The notes beneath the pieces are model-generated. The model was given only the letters and a program-made list of their open reading frames with translations, was not told the origin of the DNA and did not search any database. From the IMG/VR virus record IMGVR_UViG_3300023084_000004: DNA of 64,000 nt. One strand, 5' to 3'. Shown here in pieces: positions 16,992 to 25,831 of this stretch. This DNA comes from a virus. A program made the position numbers and the translations under genes. Every line of letters begins with the position of its first letter. Within the stretch, counting starts at the first letter, position 1.

Positions 16992-17731
16992 TATTGGCCC
17001 TGCGTTACTGATACACTACAACCACCTACAGTATAACAGGTTTGATTGAGTGAATATGATTTATTTAAAGTCGAATCTTGTAAAAGTGTTATATCAGTTC
17101 CGTATGTTCCGTCAAGTCTTATCCATGCATAATGACTTCCACTATTTTTTTGAACAACATCAACAATATTACCATCATTGTAAATATCTAAATCTAATGT
17201 ATGTCCACCACCTTCTCTTTGAATAGTAGATATATCATTATAATCTCCTTCAATATGTAAACCATACCAATGACCTGAAGAAGTACTGTTTGTTCGTTGA
17301 GTCATTTCTATATTGTTGTAATCACCAGTGACATTGATATGAGCAAAGGTATCACCATATTCATCATTGTCTATAGAAAAACTTCCGTCTCCATTAATGA
17401 TATATCCTTGAGCAAGTTTTAGATCGTTTCCTATTCCCCAAACTCTACGAATCTCTATGATGTTTTTATCAGTAGAACTACCATAGTTCTTATTTTGTGC
17501 AATAGAGATAGTATTGTCTGCACCATCTATTCCTTCTGTTGATGACCATTGTTTAATGATATTGCTATAACCTATTTGTGTTATATTTAGATCAAAATTG
17601 TCACCAGTCTGTTCTATTGTGATTTCATTATCTGCATAGGCTTTACCGGCTGCCAAAAGAAAATACATTCCTAATAGGCACCAACTAAATCCTAATAACC
17701 ATTTATCTAATTTTCTATCAAATTCGTCCAT
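16991..17731 (-). CDS. curlin-like repeat protein (CsgA/B-like)
   Basis: Signal peptide; repeated N.I.I.Q.G units (DNEITIEQTG, LNITQIG, YNNIEMTQ, YNDISTIQ). Confidence 0.65.
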   Translation of the reverse strand: MDEFDRKLDKWLLGFSWCLLGMYFLLAAGKAYADNEITIEQTGDNFDLNITQIGYSNIIKQWSSTEGIDGADNTISIAQNKNYGSSTDKNIIEIRRVWGIGNDLKLAQGYIINGDGSFSIDNDEYGDTFAHINVTGDYNNIEMTQRTNSTSSGHWYGLHIEGDYNDISTIQREGGGHTLDLDIYNDGNIVDVVQKNSGSHYAWIRLDGTYGTDITLLQDSTLNKSYSLNQTCYTVGGCSVSVTQGQ

Positions 17732-17739
17732 AAACTTAT

Positions 17740-18891
17740 TTATCCACCCTGTCTTATAATTACTGTTGAGTTATTACCGCCATTTAGATCAATGATCCCA
17801 CTATATCCTTCTACTTCTGTATTTACTTTTACTGAAGCATCTACGGCAAATGCTAATTGAATCTTTCCATTTGCCAAACGATAAAAAATTATTTTACCGT
17901 TATCTTCATAAATGTTATATTGAGAATCTGAATTTAAACCAAATCCTGCACCTTTTAATTCTGCGCCCATCGCATTATTTGATACTGCACTATCATCTAA
18001 TGAAGCTGTTGTTTTTACGAGATCATCAATTACATTTAATAAATCAACAAGAAAATCTACATCTAAAAAATCAATATCAAGTTCTGAAAATTCTAATTCG
18101 TCTTCCGCTAATGCATCATATTCTAATTCGTTAAATTCTAAAAAGTCAACATCAAGCAATCCTTGATCATCATTATTTTCATCGTTATATTCTTCTTCTA
18201 ATGCTCTTTTTACTTCAGGAGGTGGAGACACAATGAACATATTATCAATAACATTTGCTGTTATATTTGAAATATTAATCTGTCTTGTTGGCGGATCATC
18301 TAATGTAGAAACCATTGTTGCTGCGTAAGCTTCTTCTAAAGTAATCGTACCTCCTAAATTAGATACTTCAATTGTTCCTGATGGATTACCATATTGATCT
18401 GGTAAAAGTATGACCAGTGATCTTCCAAGCTCATCTATGGTGGTTGTGAAATCTGTTCCGCGTACCGCAATACTTGCAGTAGGTGTTTGTATGTCTATAT
18501 TACTTTTATTTACCATACCCAAACGACCTGATGCAAATCGTGCAGTGCCTAATGCCATACGCATTGCCATTTTGGATTTACTTGGATCAGGATCGTAGTA
18601 TACACTATCAATGTATACTTTGGTATTTTCGGTAAGACTGAGTTCTGCTTTATCTAAGAATTCGATAAGCATTCGGCCATTCTCAGTTTCGGCCGTATCA
18701 TTAATGACAATGTCAGGTACTTGTTGGTCTGACACCTCAAGAGTTGCACCTGCTTCTCTTGTAATAGAACCAGTTCCTGTGTGTTCAACAATATTGCCAA
18801 TTGGGTCTGCTGCAGACAAACCCAATGGCAACAAAGTGAAAACACTAAGTATCGTTAGACGAATCTTTTTGATTAATCTGGATAGTAGCAT
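17740..18891 (-). CDS. FecR-domain exported protein
   Basis: Signal peptide; T.NGR..I.F.D...L.L.ENT.V.ID, G..RF.SG, I.TPTA.I.VRGT.F; acidic D/E-L-F repeats in the C-terminal half; start could be 18903. Confidence 0.82.
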   Translation of the reverse strand: MLLSRLIKKIRLTILSVFTLLPLGLSAADPIGNIVEHTGTGSITREAGATLEVSDQQVPDIVINDTAETENGRMLIEFLDKAELSLTENTKVYIDSVYYDPDPSKSKMAMRMALGTARFASGRLGMVNKSNIDIQTPTASIAVRGTDFTTTIDELGRSLVILLPDQYGNPSGTIEVSNLGGTITLEEAYAATMVSTLDDPPTRQINISNITANVIDNMFIVSPPPEVKRALEEEYNDENNDDQGLLDVDFLEFNELEYDALAEDELEFSELDIDFLDVDFLVDLLNVIDDLVKTTASLDDSAVSNNAMGAELKGAGFGLNSDSQYNIYEDNGKIIFYRLANGKIQLAFAVDASVKVNTEVEGYSGIIDLNGGNNSTVIIRQGG

Positions 18892-19576
18892 TGTCAGAAT
18901 CAATGTCTAAAGTTATAATCCCATTACAGGTTGATACACCTGTAGGACATGTTCCACTTAATTGATTGATATCTATATCGGCACTATCTCCAACGTGAGT
19001 CATATTGATTTCGTGCTCAGCACCATCTTTTTGCATTGTGTTAATGTTATTTGAATCTCCAGTAATATCGAAGTTCCAAATCGCATCATCAACATCAATG
19101 TCAATATCAAATACGTTAGTTGAACCGAGAACAGATAAATCAAAATCCAATCTCTCGGCACTTGCGTTATAACCTAGATCGAAATCCATAGTGTTGCTAT
19201 CACCAGTTATATCAGACAAAATGTTTGCTGAATCTGATGAACCAACATAACCAATGTTCCAATCCCAACTATTACTATCTCCAGTCCAAGTAAGATCTAT
19301 TGTTGAACTGTCTAATGTAATAGGACCAAAAAGCAAATTGCTATTACCAATTTGATTAATGTCAATATTCAAAGTTGCACCAATAATAGACATTGCTGAA
19401 ACTGATCCTGAAGAAGCGTTATCTCCTCCAACTTTGTTTCCATATCCATATTGGTCAATATATAAAGTCAATGTATCACCTTGTTGGTCAATATTGATTT
19501 CGTTATCGTCCGTTGCTTGCGCAAATGCGAAAGTAGAAACAAAAACTAAACTTAGGCCTAATAGTTTTTTAATCAT
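18845..19576 (-). CDS. curlin-like repeat protein (CsgA/B-like)
   Basis: Signal peptide; DNEINIDQQG, LYIDQYG.GN, ININQIGNSN, repeated I.GDSN...D beta-solenoid units. Confidence 0.65.
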   Translation of the reverse strand: MIKKLLGLSLVFVSTFAFAQATDDNEINIDQQGDTLTLYIDQYGYGNKVGGDNASSGSVSAMSIIGATLNIDINQIGNSNLLFGPITLDSSTIDLTWTGDSNSWDWNIGYVGSSDSANILSDITGDSNTMDFDLGYNASAERLDFDLSVLGSTNVFDIDIDVDDAIWNFDITGDSNNINTMQKDGAEHEINMTHVGDSADIDINQLSGTCPTGVSTCNGIITLDIDSDNATIQINQKDSSNDT

Positions 19577-20487
19577 TCTTCTTCCCCGTTATTTTGTTTG
19601 TTTATTTTCCAGAAACCACGACGATCTCCTTGATAAACCATTTCCAATACGGCAGCTTCAATTGCTGTTCGTACTGCATACGTCACACTTTCATTATTTC
19701 CTACACCGTCTTCATATTCAATCAACTGCGTTCCCTGCTCGATGAATCTAAAAACATCGCCTCCGGCACCATAACTTAAAATTGTTTTTTTCGTTTGTAC
19801 ATTAAGTAATACTTCACCAGTTAAAACTGATACTGCTCTTAATGAAATAGTAACTTGATCTTGTCTATATTGACGAGTAATACCTAATCCTAGCGTCCTT
19901 GCTCCGATACCGCCCGTTCTTAAGTTACTATCATATCCAATAATACCGCCTTCAATTATCATTCCTGCGAATAAAAGTGGTCCAAGATTTGGAGCATCTT
20001 CTCCAGTTATCTTTGCGGCTTCTTCTCGACCACTACGAATAATTTGTCTTTCTCTAACAAGAGCATCAATCCCTTGTCTTTCAGCAACTCTAAACCATTT
20101 ACCATCTCCTGCAGTTTTGAGTGCATCAATTAATAATTCTGTTCCACCTTGTGTTACCGCAGTGGAGAAACTTTGTCCTGTGACTGAATCTTTACGTTGT
20201 CCTGTTTTATCTAAAAAGTTATATACAGCAACCACCGGCATTTGTTCGGCTGGCGGTAAATTTAATAATTCTATATAAGATGGTAATCTTACAACTTCAG
20301 GATTATCTGCGCATATTAATTGTTGTGCATAAAACTTTCTTACGCCTGTATAAACGTCTCTTCCAAATCCTTCTGAATATTTACCTTTACCATATTCACA
20401 TTGACCAGGATTTTCATTCCATTGCGGAATAGATGCACAACCTGTAATAAGAAGTAATAGACTAACCGCCGTCAGGATTCGAGTCAT
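19573..20487 (-). CDS. csgG: curli secretion channel lipoprotein CsgG
   Basis: Lipobox ITGC after ATG 20487; VAVY.F.DKTGQRK, FSTAVTQG, WF.V.ER, RERQIIR, GGIIGYD, LR.VSV.TGEVL. Confidence 0.92.
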   Translation of the reverse strand: MTRILTAVSLLLLITGCASIPQWNENPGQCEYGKGKYSEGFGRDVYTGVRKFYAQQLICADNPEVVRLPSYIELLNLPPAEQMPVVAVYNFLDKTGQRKDSVTGQSFSTAVTQGGTELLIDALKTAGDGKWFRVAERQGIDALVRERQIIRSGREEAAKITGEDAPNLGPLLFAGMIIEGGIIGYDSNLRTGGIGARTLGLGITRQYRQDQVTISLRAVSVLTGEVLLNVQTKKTILSYGAGGDVFRFIEQGTQLIEYEDGVGNNESVTYAVRTAIEAAVLEMVYQGDRRGFWKINKQNNGEEE

Positions 20488-20992
20488 CAGTTCCTCCGCC
20501 GAAGTTACCACTACCAATAGGTATTTCAATCACGGTCGTTGTCCCATCTTCCCCGACAATCGTCATCTTAATATATTCAGTACCATCTGTGTTTGTAATT
20601 ACTTCATATGTTACTGTTGATCCTTCCAATACAAAGGATCCATACCTTACAGGATTATCATTAGAGAACATATTGTCTACTAACTGTTTTGCTAATTGAG
20701 CATAAATCCTGCTTTCAAGATTTCTTATAAACTTTGCTAAAATTGTATTATCTGCTTCTCGTTCTGCTGCCTTTCTTGCAGCTTCCATTGCATCTTCGAT
20801 TTGTTTCTTTCTACTAAATTCTTGGTTCTCAATAGTTAAATAATGAGCACCAGTTCCAATTCCGCTGAATGATGGATTTTTAAATTTTTGTACTATAGGT
20901 TCACCATATACTTTTCCTGTTGCAAGTAAAAGATATGTAATAAGTATTACCCAACCAATAGCAAGTAAACCTCTATCATCAGTTTTTTTCAT
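20462..20992 (-). CDS. csgF: curli assembly protein CsgF-like
   Basis: Signal peptide then F.NPSF.G...G.H.L.IENQE, F..NLESRIY.QL..QL; directly upstream of csgG. Confidence 0.8.
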   Translation of the reverse strand: MKKTDDRGLLAIGWVILITYLLLATGKVYGEPIVQKFKNPSFSGIGTGAHYLTIENQEFSRKKQIEDAMEAARKAAEREADNTILAKFIRNLESRIYAQLAKQLVDNMFSNDNPVRYGSFVLEGSTVTYEVITNTDGTEYIKMTIVGEDGTTTVIEIPIGSGNFGGGTDDSNPDGG

Positions 20993-21254
20993 TATTTTTA
21001 GAATCCTCTTTTAATCTTTCAATTTCTCTATATTTTAATACGACATCTACTTTTTGTTGTAAACGAATGAGGTCTTGATCTAACATTCTCATGCGATCAA
21101 TTACTTTGATAAGTTGCATGTGCATTTTATCTATTGTAGGAATAATATTTTCGTTTATAAAATTCCACACAAAATACACAAAATATCCTAAACCAATTAC
21201 CATCACTGTAGGAAAGCCATATTCAGATACGGCAGTAACTATATCAAATTCCAT
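20979..21254 (-). CDS. small membrane protein, TM plus coiled coil (holin-like)
   Basis: V.EYGFP....GLGYFVYFVW, then heptad-like C-terminus. Confidence 0.55.
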   Translation of the reverse strand: MEFDIVTAVSEYGFPTVMVIGLGYFVYFVWNFINENIIPTIDKMHMQLIKVIDRMRMLDQDLIRLQQKVDVVLKYREIERLKEDSKNNEKN

Positions 21255-21456
21255 CGAACAAATCCAATTGTTTTGGATTATATGGTTTCCTATTAGTCCT
21301 TATCAAAGCGGCGGCACCGTTGTAATGTTCCATCGCAACAAATTTATCACCAGCTTTCCAATTCAATTTTTCTAGTGTTAATTCACCGTCAGATTCGTCA
21401 AATATTAGTAAATCTCCACCGGGTATTACCGTGAAATGATAACCACAATATAGCAT
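21244..21456 (-). CDS. hypothetical protein
   Basis: 70-aa ORF overlapping both neighbours. Confidence 0.55.
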   Translation of the reverse strand: MLYCGYHFTVIPGGDLLIFDESDGELTLEKLNWKAGDKFVAMEHYNGAAALIRTNRKPYNPKQLDLFDGI

Positions 21457-21752
21457 TAATCTCTCCTTACGTCGAGTTTTCCGTCTTCTATAAAATTTTC
21501 CGCTCGAGCAATTCGCTCAATATCAGGATTTAATCCAAGTGCGCTAGAAACGAGTAAATCTATTTTAACCATCTCATTTGACATAGTTCTCGCTCTGTTT
21601 TCTAGGCTTTCACAGAACATATTCAACGTATTAATGCTATCAACTATTCCTTCAAAAATTTGTTTAATAATAATAAAGAGGAATGCTCCCATTACTAATG
21701 CACCTGCTATAGGTAAGCCTAAATCAGCTATTAGCTGGAGTATAGATTCCAT
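21456..21752 (-). CDS. small membrane protein, TM plus coiled coil (resembles 20979-21254)
   Basis: I.DLGLPI..ALVMGAFLFIII, then coiled coil; AAGGA RBS. Confidence 0.55.
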   Translation of the reverse strand: MESILQLIADLGLPIAGALVMGAFLFIIIKQIFEGIVDSINTLNMFCESLENRARTMSNEMVKIDLLVSSALGLNPDIERIARAENFIEDGKLDVRRD

Positions 21753-21801
21753 ATTATCCTTTTATTTTTTTTATAATGATACAATAAAAACTGTATCGTA
21801 C

Positions 21802-21809
21802 TATTTATA
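21802..21809 (-). promoter_or_regulatory. T4-type late promoter heading the curli/cyclase operon
   Basis: TATAAATA on minus strand 50 nt upstream of ATG 21752. Confidence 0.75.
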
Positions 21810-21969
21810 ATATAACTGTACACAATAAAGCAATTTAATATATGCCACCAGAGCCTCTCAGATCACTCAGATTACACGGAAATCTTATACCATTTAGATA
21901 TACTTACTTTTTTCAGGGGCTTTCTGGTGTAAATTTTGTGAAAAAAAGTGAAAAAAAGTGAAAAAAAGG

Positions 21970-22019
21970 GTTGACATTTGCTTTGAGATGATGTATAATG
22001 GTAACATAAATTAGGAAAA
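21970..22019 (+). repeat. 50-bp promoter cassette (identical to 22419-22468)
   Basis: TTGACA(21971)-N17-TATAAT; preceded by (GTGAAAAAAA)x3. Confidence 0.9.
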
Positions 22020-22030
22020 GGAGTTAAATT

Positions 22031-22384
22031 ATGGCTGATTATTCTTACTGGGGTGGAACAGGAAAGTTTCAAGACCTCGCCGATAAAATGCAAAACATGG
22101 TTCCAGTATCTGGTCCTTGTTACAACATACCTGATGATGATACTTCAGGAATCAATAAGCCTCTTGACACATTTCGTCAAGTTGTCAACGCATACTACGA
22201 CATCTTCAACAATGGTGGATGTAATAACGATACTCGTAAAGTTTCAAAATTCTTCCCAGGTGTAATGCAACATCTTCGTGGACGTAATTTCAATAATCCT
22301 GATTGGGATACTATCTCTTCTAAAGCTGATGCTCTTATGGATAAGCATGTCCAACGAGCTGCTAAGTCTATGGATTTACTTTAA
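22031..22384 (+). CDS. hypothetical early protein
   Basis: YW...GK.Q..., YYD.FNNGG.N; cassette RBS. Confidence 0.7.
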   Translation: MADYSYWGGTGKFQDLADKMQNMVPVSGPCYNIPDDDTSGINKPLDTFRQVVNAYYDIFNNGGCNNDTRKVSKFFPGVMQHLRGRNFNNPDWDTISSKADALMDKHVQRAAKSMDLL

Positions 22385-22418
22385 AAGTGAAAAAAGTGCA
22401 ACTTTTTTGCAAAAAACA

Positions 22419-22468
22419 GTTGACATTTGCTTTGAGATGATGTATAATGGTAACATAAATTAGGAAAA
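22419..22468 (+). repeat. 50-bp promoter cassette copy
   Basis: TTGACA(22420)-N17-TATAAT. Confidence 0.9.
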
Positions 22469-22481
22469 AGGAAAAAAGAAT

Positions 22482-22739
22482 ATGTTTAGAATCCCTCATT
22501 TTTATCAAGAAGACAACCTGGACTTCAACGTTGCAGCTGACTGCATCACAAGGTTTGGTGGTGGTGACTTGTTGACTGGCATGAAGAAAATGGACCAACT
22601 TTGGTCAGATTATGTAAACTTACCAGGTGAAGAGCAAGACGATGATGAGTTCTTCGGTGGTTGGTGTTATGAAGTCAATGCTTATAATGTAGTTTACGAA
22701 GGTATGGCGAAGTTGTTTGCCCCCAAAGAAGCCGCATAA
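22482..22739 (+). CDS. hypothetical early protein
   Basis: 85-aa ORF behind cassette RBS. Confidence 0.7.
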   Translation: MFRIPHFYQEDNLDFNVAADCITRFGGGDLLTGMKKMDQLWSDYVNLPGEEQDDDEFFGGWCYEVNAYNVVYEGMAKLFAPKEAA

Positions 22740-22755
22740 AAAAAGTAAAAAAAGG

Positions 22756-22784
22756 TTGACATTTACTCGAGACTGTAGTATAAT
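22756..22784 (+). promoter_or_regulatory. early sigma70 promoter
   Basis: TTGACA-N17-TATAAT. Confidence 0.85.
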
Positions 22785-22814
22785 GTTAACCTCAATGGAG
22801 AAAGGTGATATATT

Positions 22815-23309
22815 ATGAAAATCGTTATTCAAACTCAATACTGCGAAAACTACGCTTGGAATGAGGACGGTACTTTAGGTACTGGTCCTGATGCTTATTG
22901 GAAGTTCAAGGGTGGTTCTGGGTATGTGGTTGATTGTAACCTAGAACAGGCGCAATCAAAAGATTTCTGGCAAATGCTAGAAGATCATGTGTGTTATGCT
23001 AACGATGCTTCAAAGGAGTATATCCTTTCTATGGAGTTGTTCGATGAATGTGATTTCAAAATGGAAGACCACTTCCAGGAGTGGGAAACTCCAATCATGA
23101 TAACTCCAACTTCTTTTGGTCTCATTGCCAGTAAGAAATACATTAATGATGAATTTGGTTATATGAGGCCTGAGATTAAGTCCAAGTTTGAATCTTGGTC
23201 TATGCTTCCAGGACAAGAGAGAAAGGGTTACTCTTGTTCTTTCACTATGGAAGATGGATTGATTCTATCTTCTGATGAACTATCAACCTATCTTAATAAA
23301 GCCGCTTAA
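22815..23309 (+). CDS. conserved phage hypothetical protein
   Basis: MKIVI.TQY.ENY....YWKFKGG motif recalled from T4-like phages. Confidence 0.65.
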   Translation: MKIVIQTQYCENYAWNEDGTLGTGPDAYWKFKGGSGYVVDCNLEQAQSKDFWQMLEDHVCYANDASKEYILSMELFDECDFKMEDHFQEWETPIMITPTSFGLIASKKYINDEFGYMRPEIKSKFESWSMLPGQERKGYSCSFTMEDGLILSSDELSTYLNKAA

Positions 23310-23323
23310 AGAGGAAACATATA

Positions 23324-23542
23324 ATGATCCATACATATTCGCCTAAAATCGATGCTGATGAAATTGTATCTCGAAAGTCTATCGAAGAAGCGATTGCTTG
23401 GAGGCAAAATAAACTTGAAACTCTAAATGAATTTTTACCGTATGCTGATGGACAAGCATACTATCAAGATAAAGAAAAAATCCGTGGGCTTACTTTAGAG
23501 CTTGCGGAATTAAAGGAACACTTAGCTAATCTCGAAGAATGA
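23324..23542 (+). CDS. hypothetical coiled-coil protein
   Basis: 72-aa ORF with GAGG RBS. Confidence 0.6.
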   Translation: MIHTYSPKIDADEIVSRKSIEEAIAWRQNKLETLNEFLPYADGQAYYQDKEKIRGLTLELAELKEHLANLEE

Positions 23543-24105
23543 ATATTTTTGTACTAGACGAAAATCCTATTACAGCAGCACAAATGTGCTGTGATAGACA
23601 TGTGCCTAAAATGATTATCGAGTCTGCACAAATGTTGTCAACTGTCCATCGTCTCCTTGATGGTACACCTGAAAGACGACCTTCTAAGTCTGGTAAAACA
23701 ATGCAACAATATTATTCATTTGGTGATGAACGTGATGATATGTACTATTTAGCAGTACATAAATTTCACCCATGCACAACGTGGACAAAAGAAAGTAAAA
23801 CAAACTATGAATGGCACTACGAACATTTTCGTGGATTAGCTAACGAATTTGAATATAGACGTGGAAAACCACACGCAACCTGGTTAAAGCTTGGTATGTT
23901 ATTATCTAAACCGCCAAAGAATATACCAGACATAGGATTAACTGAATTCGCTCAGGCGATGAACCATTTCCCAGAATGTAAAGTAAAAGGAAATGCTGTA
24001 AAAGCTTATAGAAATTATTATCATGCATCTAAACCATTCGCAAAATGGGAATGGGGTAGACCTGCACCAGATTGGTGGGAAGGATACCAAGGTACGAGTA
24101 TATAA
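23539..24105 (+). CDS. pyrimidine-dimer DNA glycosylase family protein
   Basis: MNIFVLD.NP..AA...CD.HV.KM..ESAQMLST, H..HP...W, AYRNYY. Confidence 0.75.
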   Translation: MNIFVLDENPITAAQMCCDRHVPKMIIESAQMLSTVHRLLDGTPERRPSKSGKTMQQYYSFGDERDDMYYLAVHKFHPCTTWTKESKTNYEWHYEHFRGLANEFEYRRGKPHATWLKLGMLLSKPPKNIPDIGLTEFAQAMNHFPECKVKGNAVKAYRNYYHASKPFAKWEWGRPAPDWWEGYQGTSI

Positions 24106-24144
24106 TTTTTATAATTAATACTATAACCAATAAGGAGAAAACAC

Positions 24145-24393
24145 ATGTCAAATTCGAAAGAGCTTGTAGAACAGCTTTTAGATGACGTTAACAGAGGATT
24201 AATCGGTAAAGATCATCTTCTAAGAGTATGCTTAGAGACATTAGACAAACTAGATTCTAATGTTCTCTTTGAAATGGCCATTGAATATGGTTTTATTGAA
24301 GATGCAAATGACGATGATGAAGAGTTCGTTGATTATGAACTTGATGCTCCTCAAAAAATTATCGAAAAAGTCTTACGAAGGCATGGAGAATAA
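24145..24393 (+). CDS. hypothetical protein
   Basis: AAGGAG RBS, 82 aa. Confidence 0.65.
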   Translation: MSNSKELVEQLLDDVNRGLIGKDHLLRVCLETLDKLDSNVLFEMAIEYGFIEDANDDDEEFVDYELDAPQKIIEKVLRRHGE

Positions 24394-24394
24394 C

Positions 24395-24592
24395 ATGGAT
24401 TATTGGATGTTTTGGATTACTGCATCCATCTTTACTATATTAGGTTATTATTTTGGAAAAAACGAACCAGTACCATTAGAACATTCTAAAAAAATAACCG
24501 AAAATGTAATAGATACCTTAATAAAAGATGGTTATCTCAAAACTCGAGGTTCTGGTGAAAACACAGAGATTCTTAAATATGATGAATTATAG
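24395..24592 (+). CDS. small membrane protein
   Basis: MDYWMFWITASIFTILGYYFG; GGAG RBS favours ATG 24395 over the track start. Confidence 0.65.
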   Translation: MDYWMFWITASIFTILGYYFGKNEPVPLEHSKKITENVIDTLIKDGYLKTRGSGENTEILKYDEL

Positions 24593-24725
24593 AGCATTTA
24601 AAGTTACAGCACTTGATAATTCAAAACTTGTTGCTGAATATATCTTTGACTCATTAAAAGCAGCATTAAGCTTCCATCATGGAATGGTAGCAAAAGGGTA
24701 TGTTGTAAATATCGAAAGATTGTAA
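24579..24725 (+). CDS. 48-aa hypothetical protein
   Basis: MMNYRAFKV...; ATG overlaps the previous gene end. Confidence 0.5.
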   Translation: MMNYRAFKVTALDNSKLVAEYIFDSLKAALSFHHGMVAKGYVVNIERL

Positions 24726-24799
24726 TAAATAATATTACGAGCTAATCAGACTAGTATCTAGCCTTGAAACCCCGTATATAATTAAAGGAGAGATACTAT

Positions 24800-25501
24800 A
24801 TGTCATTTTTTGGTCCACAGATACGCTACCAATCAAACTTTAAATCAGATTATTCTGCAGATAAAAAAGCCATAGATCATCTGATTATACCACACCCTGA
24901 GATTAGAGAAGATAAAGATTTTATTAAATTGAGTAAAGTCTTAGCATCACTTATTGAAAGTGGAATTACTAAAATGGGTGAAGGATATTGTATTAGCGTA
25001 TCAGATATTATTTTTAATTATCTGAATCAGATTGGAATTAAATGCCATCTTGAAGAAGTAAAGCTTAGTATATTTGACCAAGAATCTCAAAAAGCTGAAA
25101 TGATTGGTCATAATACAGTATGGACTAAAAACTCTCATCAAGCTGTTTCAACACATATTGTAGTTATTACAGATACAGATATTCCAATGCTTATTGATTT
25201 ATCTATTGCTCATAAACTTCCAAATAATAGACAAGGAATTGTTGCTAAAGCAGAAAACTTAGGAAGTAAACTAATGGCGAGCTTCGAATATGGTAAACAT
25301 GGGTTTATGTATCAAGAAAAAATAGATGGAATTGGTGTTCCTCAATTGCACCAAATTAGTATTTTAGATCGCATTGGAACAGACAGACGAATTTTTAGTG
25401 CTATGAAAAGATTGGAAATAATGAATATTATTGGAATCTTTTTAAGCACTTTTGCCTTAATTAACGTTATAGGCAAAATATGGTTGGATTGGTGGAATTA
25501 A
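24800..25501 (+). CDS. hypothetical protein, possible Cys-His-Asp (transglutaminase-like) fold with C-terminal TM
   Basis: GYC..VS..I...L..IGI, THIVV, LIDLS; AAGGAG RBS. Confidence 0.45.
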   Translation: MSFFGPQIRYQSNFKSDYSADKKAIDHLIIPHPEIREDKDFIKLSKVLASLIESGITKMGEGYCISVSDIIFNYLNQIGIKCHLEEVKLSIFDQESQKAEMIGHNTVWTKNSHQAVSTHIVVITDTDIPMLIDLSIAHKLPNNRQGIVAKAENLGSKLMASFEYGKHGFMYQEKIDGIGVPQLHQISILDRIGTDRRIFSAMKRLEIMNIIGIFLSTFALINVIGKIWLDWWN

Positions 25502-25545
25502 ACTAATCCTTTTTACACACAGACATTACACACAGGAGAAATATT

Positions 25546-25758
25546 ATGTCTAATAAAACAGGCTTTGAAATCAGAGCAAATCTATTGTCCCAAGCAGAGG
25601 GACTTCTTATGTCCAACATTGATAGAGAGTATCAAACTATCTTTGAATGGAATCAAAACCACCCTGAAAACAAGAAAGATTTACCGTTACGTCAGGTAAG
25701 TCCAGCTGATGTAATTCAGGTTGCAAAACAACTTAATGAATTTGTTAACGAAAAATAA
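25546..25758 (+). CDS. conserved small phage protein
   Basis: GFEIR..LL.QA...DVI..A..LNEFV motif; AGGAG RBS. Confidence 0.65.
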   Translation: MSNKTGFEIRANLLSQAEGLLMSNIDREYQTIFEWNQNHPENKKDLPLRQVSPADVIQVAKQLNEFVNEK

Positions 25759-25781
25759 TTAAACTTTTTTCACAAAAATGG

Positions 25782-25810
25782 TTGACATTTGCGTGAAACT
25801 GTGTTATAAT
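25782..25810 (+). promoter_or_regulatory. early sigma70 promoter
   Basis: TTGACA-N17-TATAAT with the cassette upstream motif ACTTTTTTCACAAAAA. Confidence 0.85.
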
Positions 25811-25831
25811 ATATTTTTATTATGGAGAAAG

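Noticed and set aside
20488-20529. N-terminal extension of CsgG given by the track
   Set aside because: ATG 20487 gives a normal lipoprotein signal with lipobox ITGC; the extension only increases the overlap with csgF
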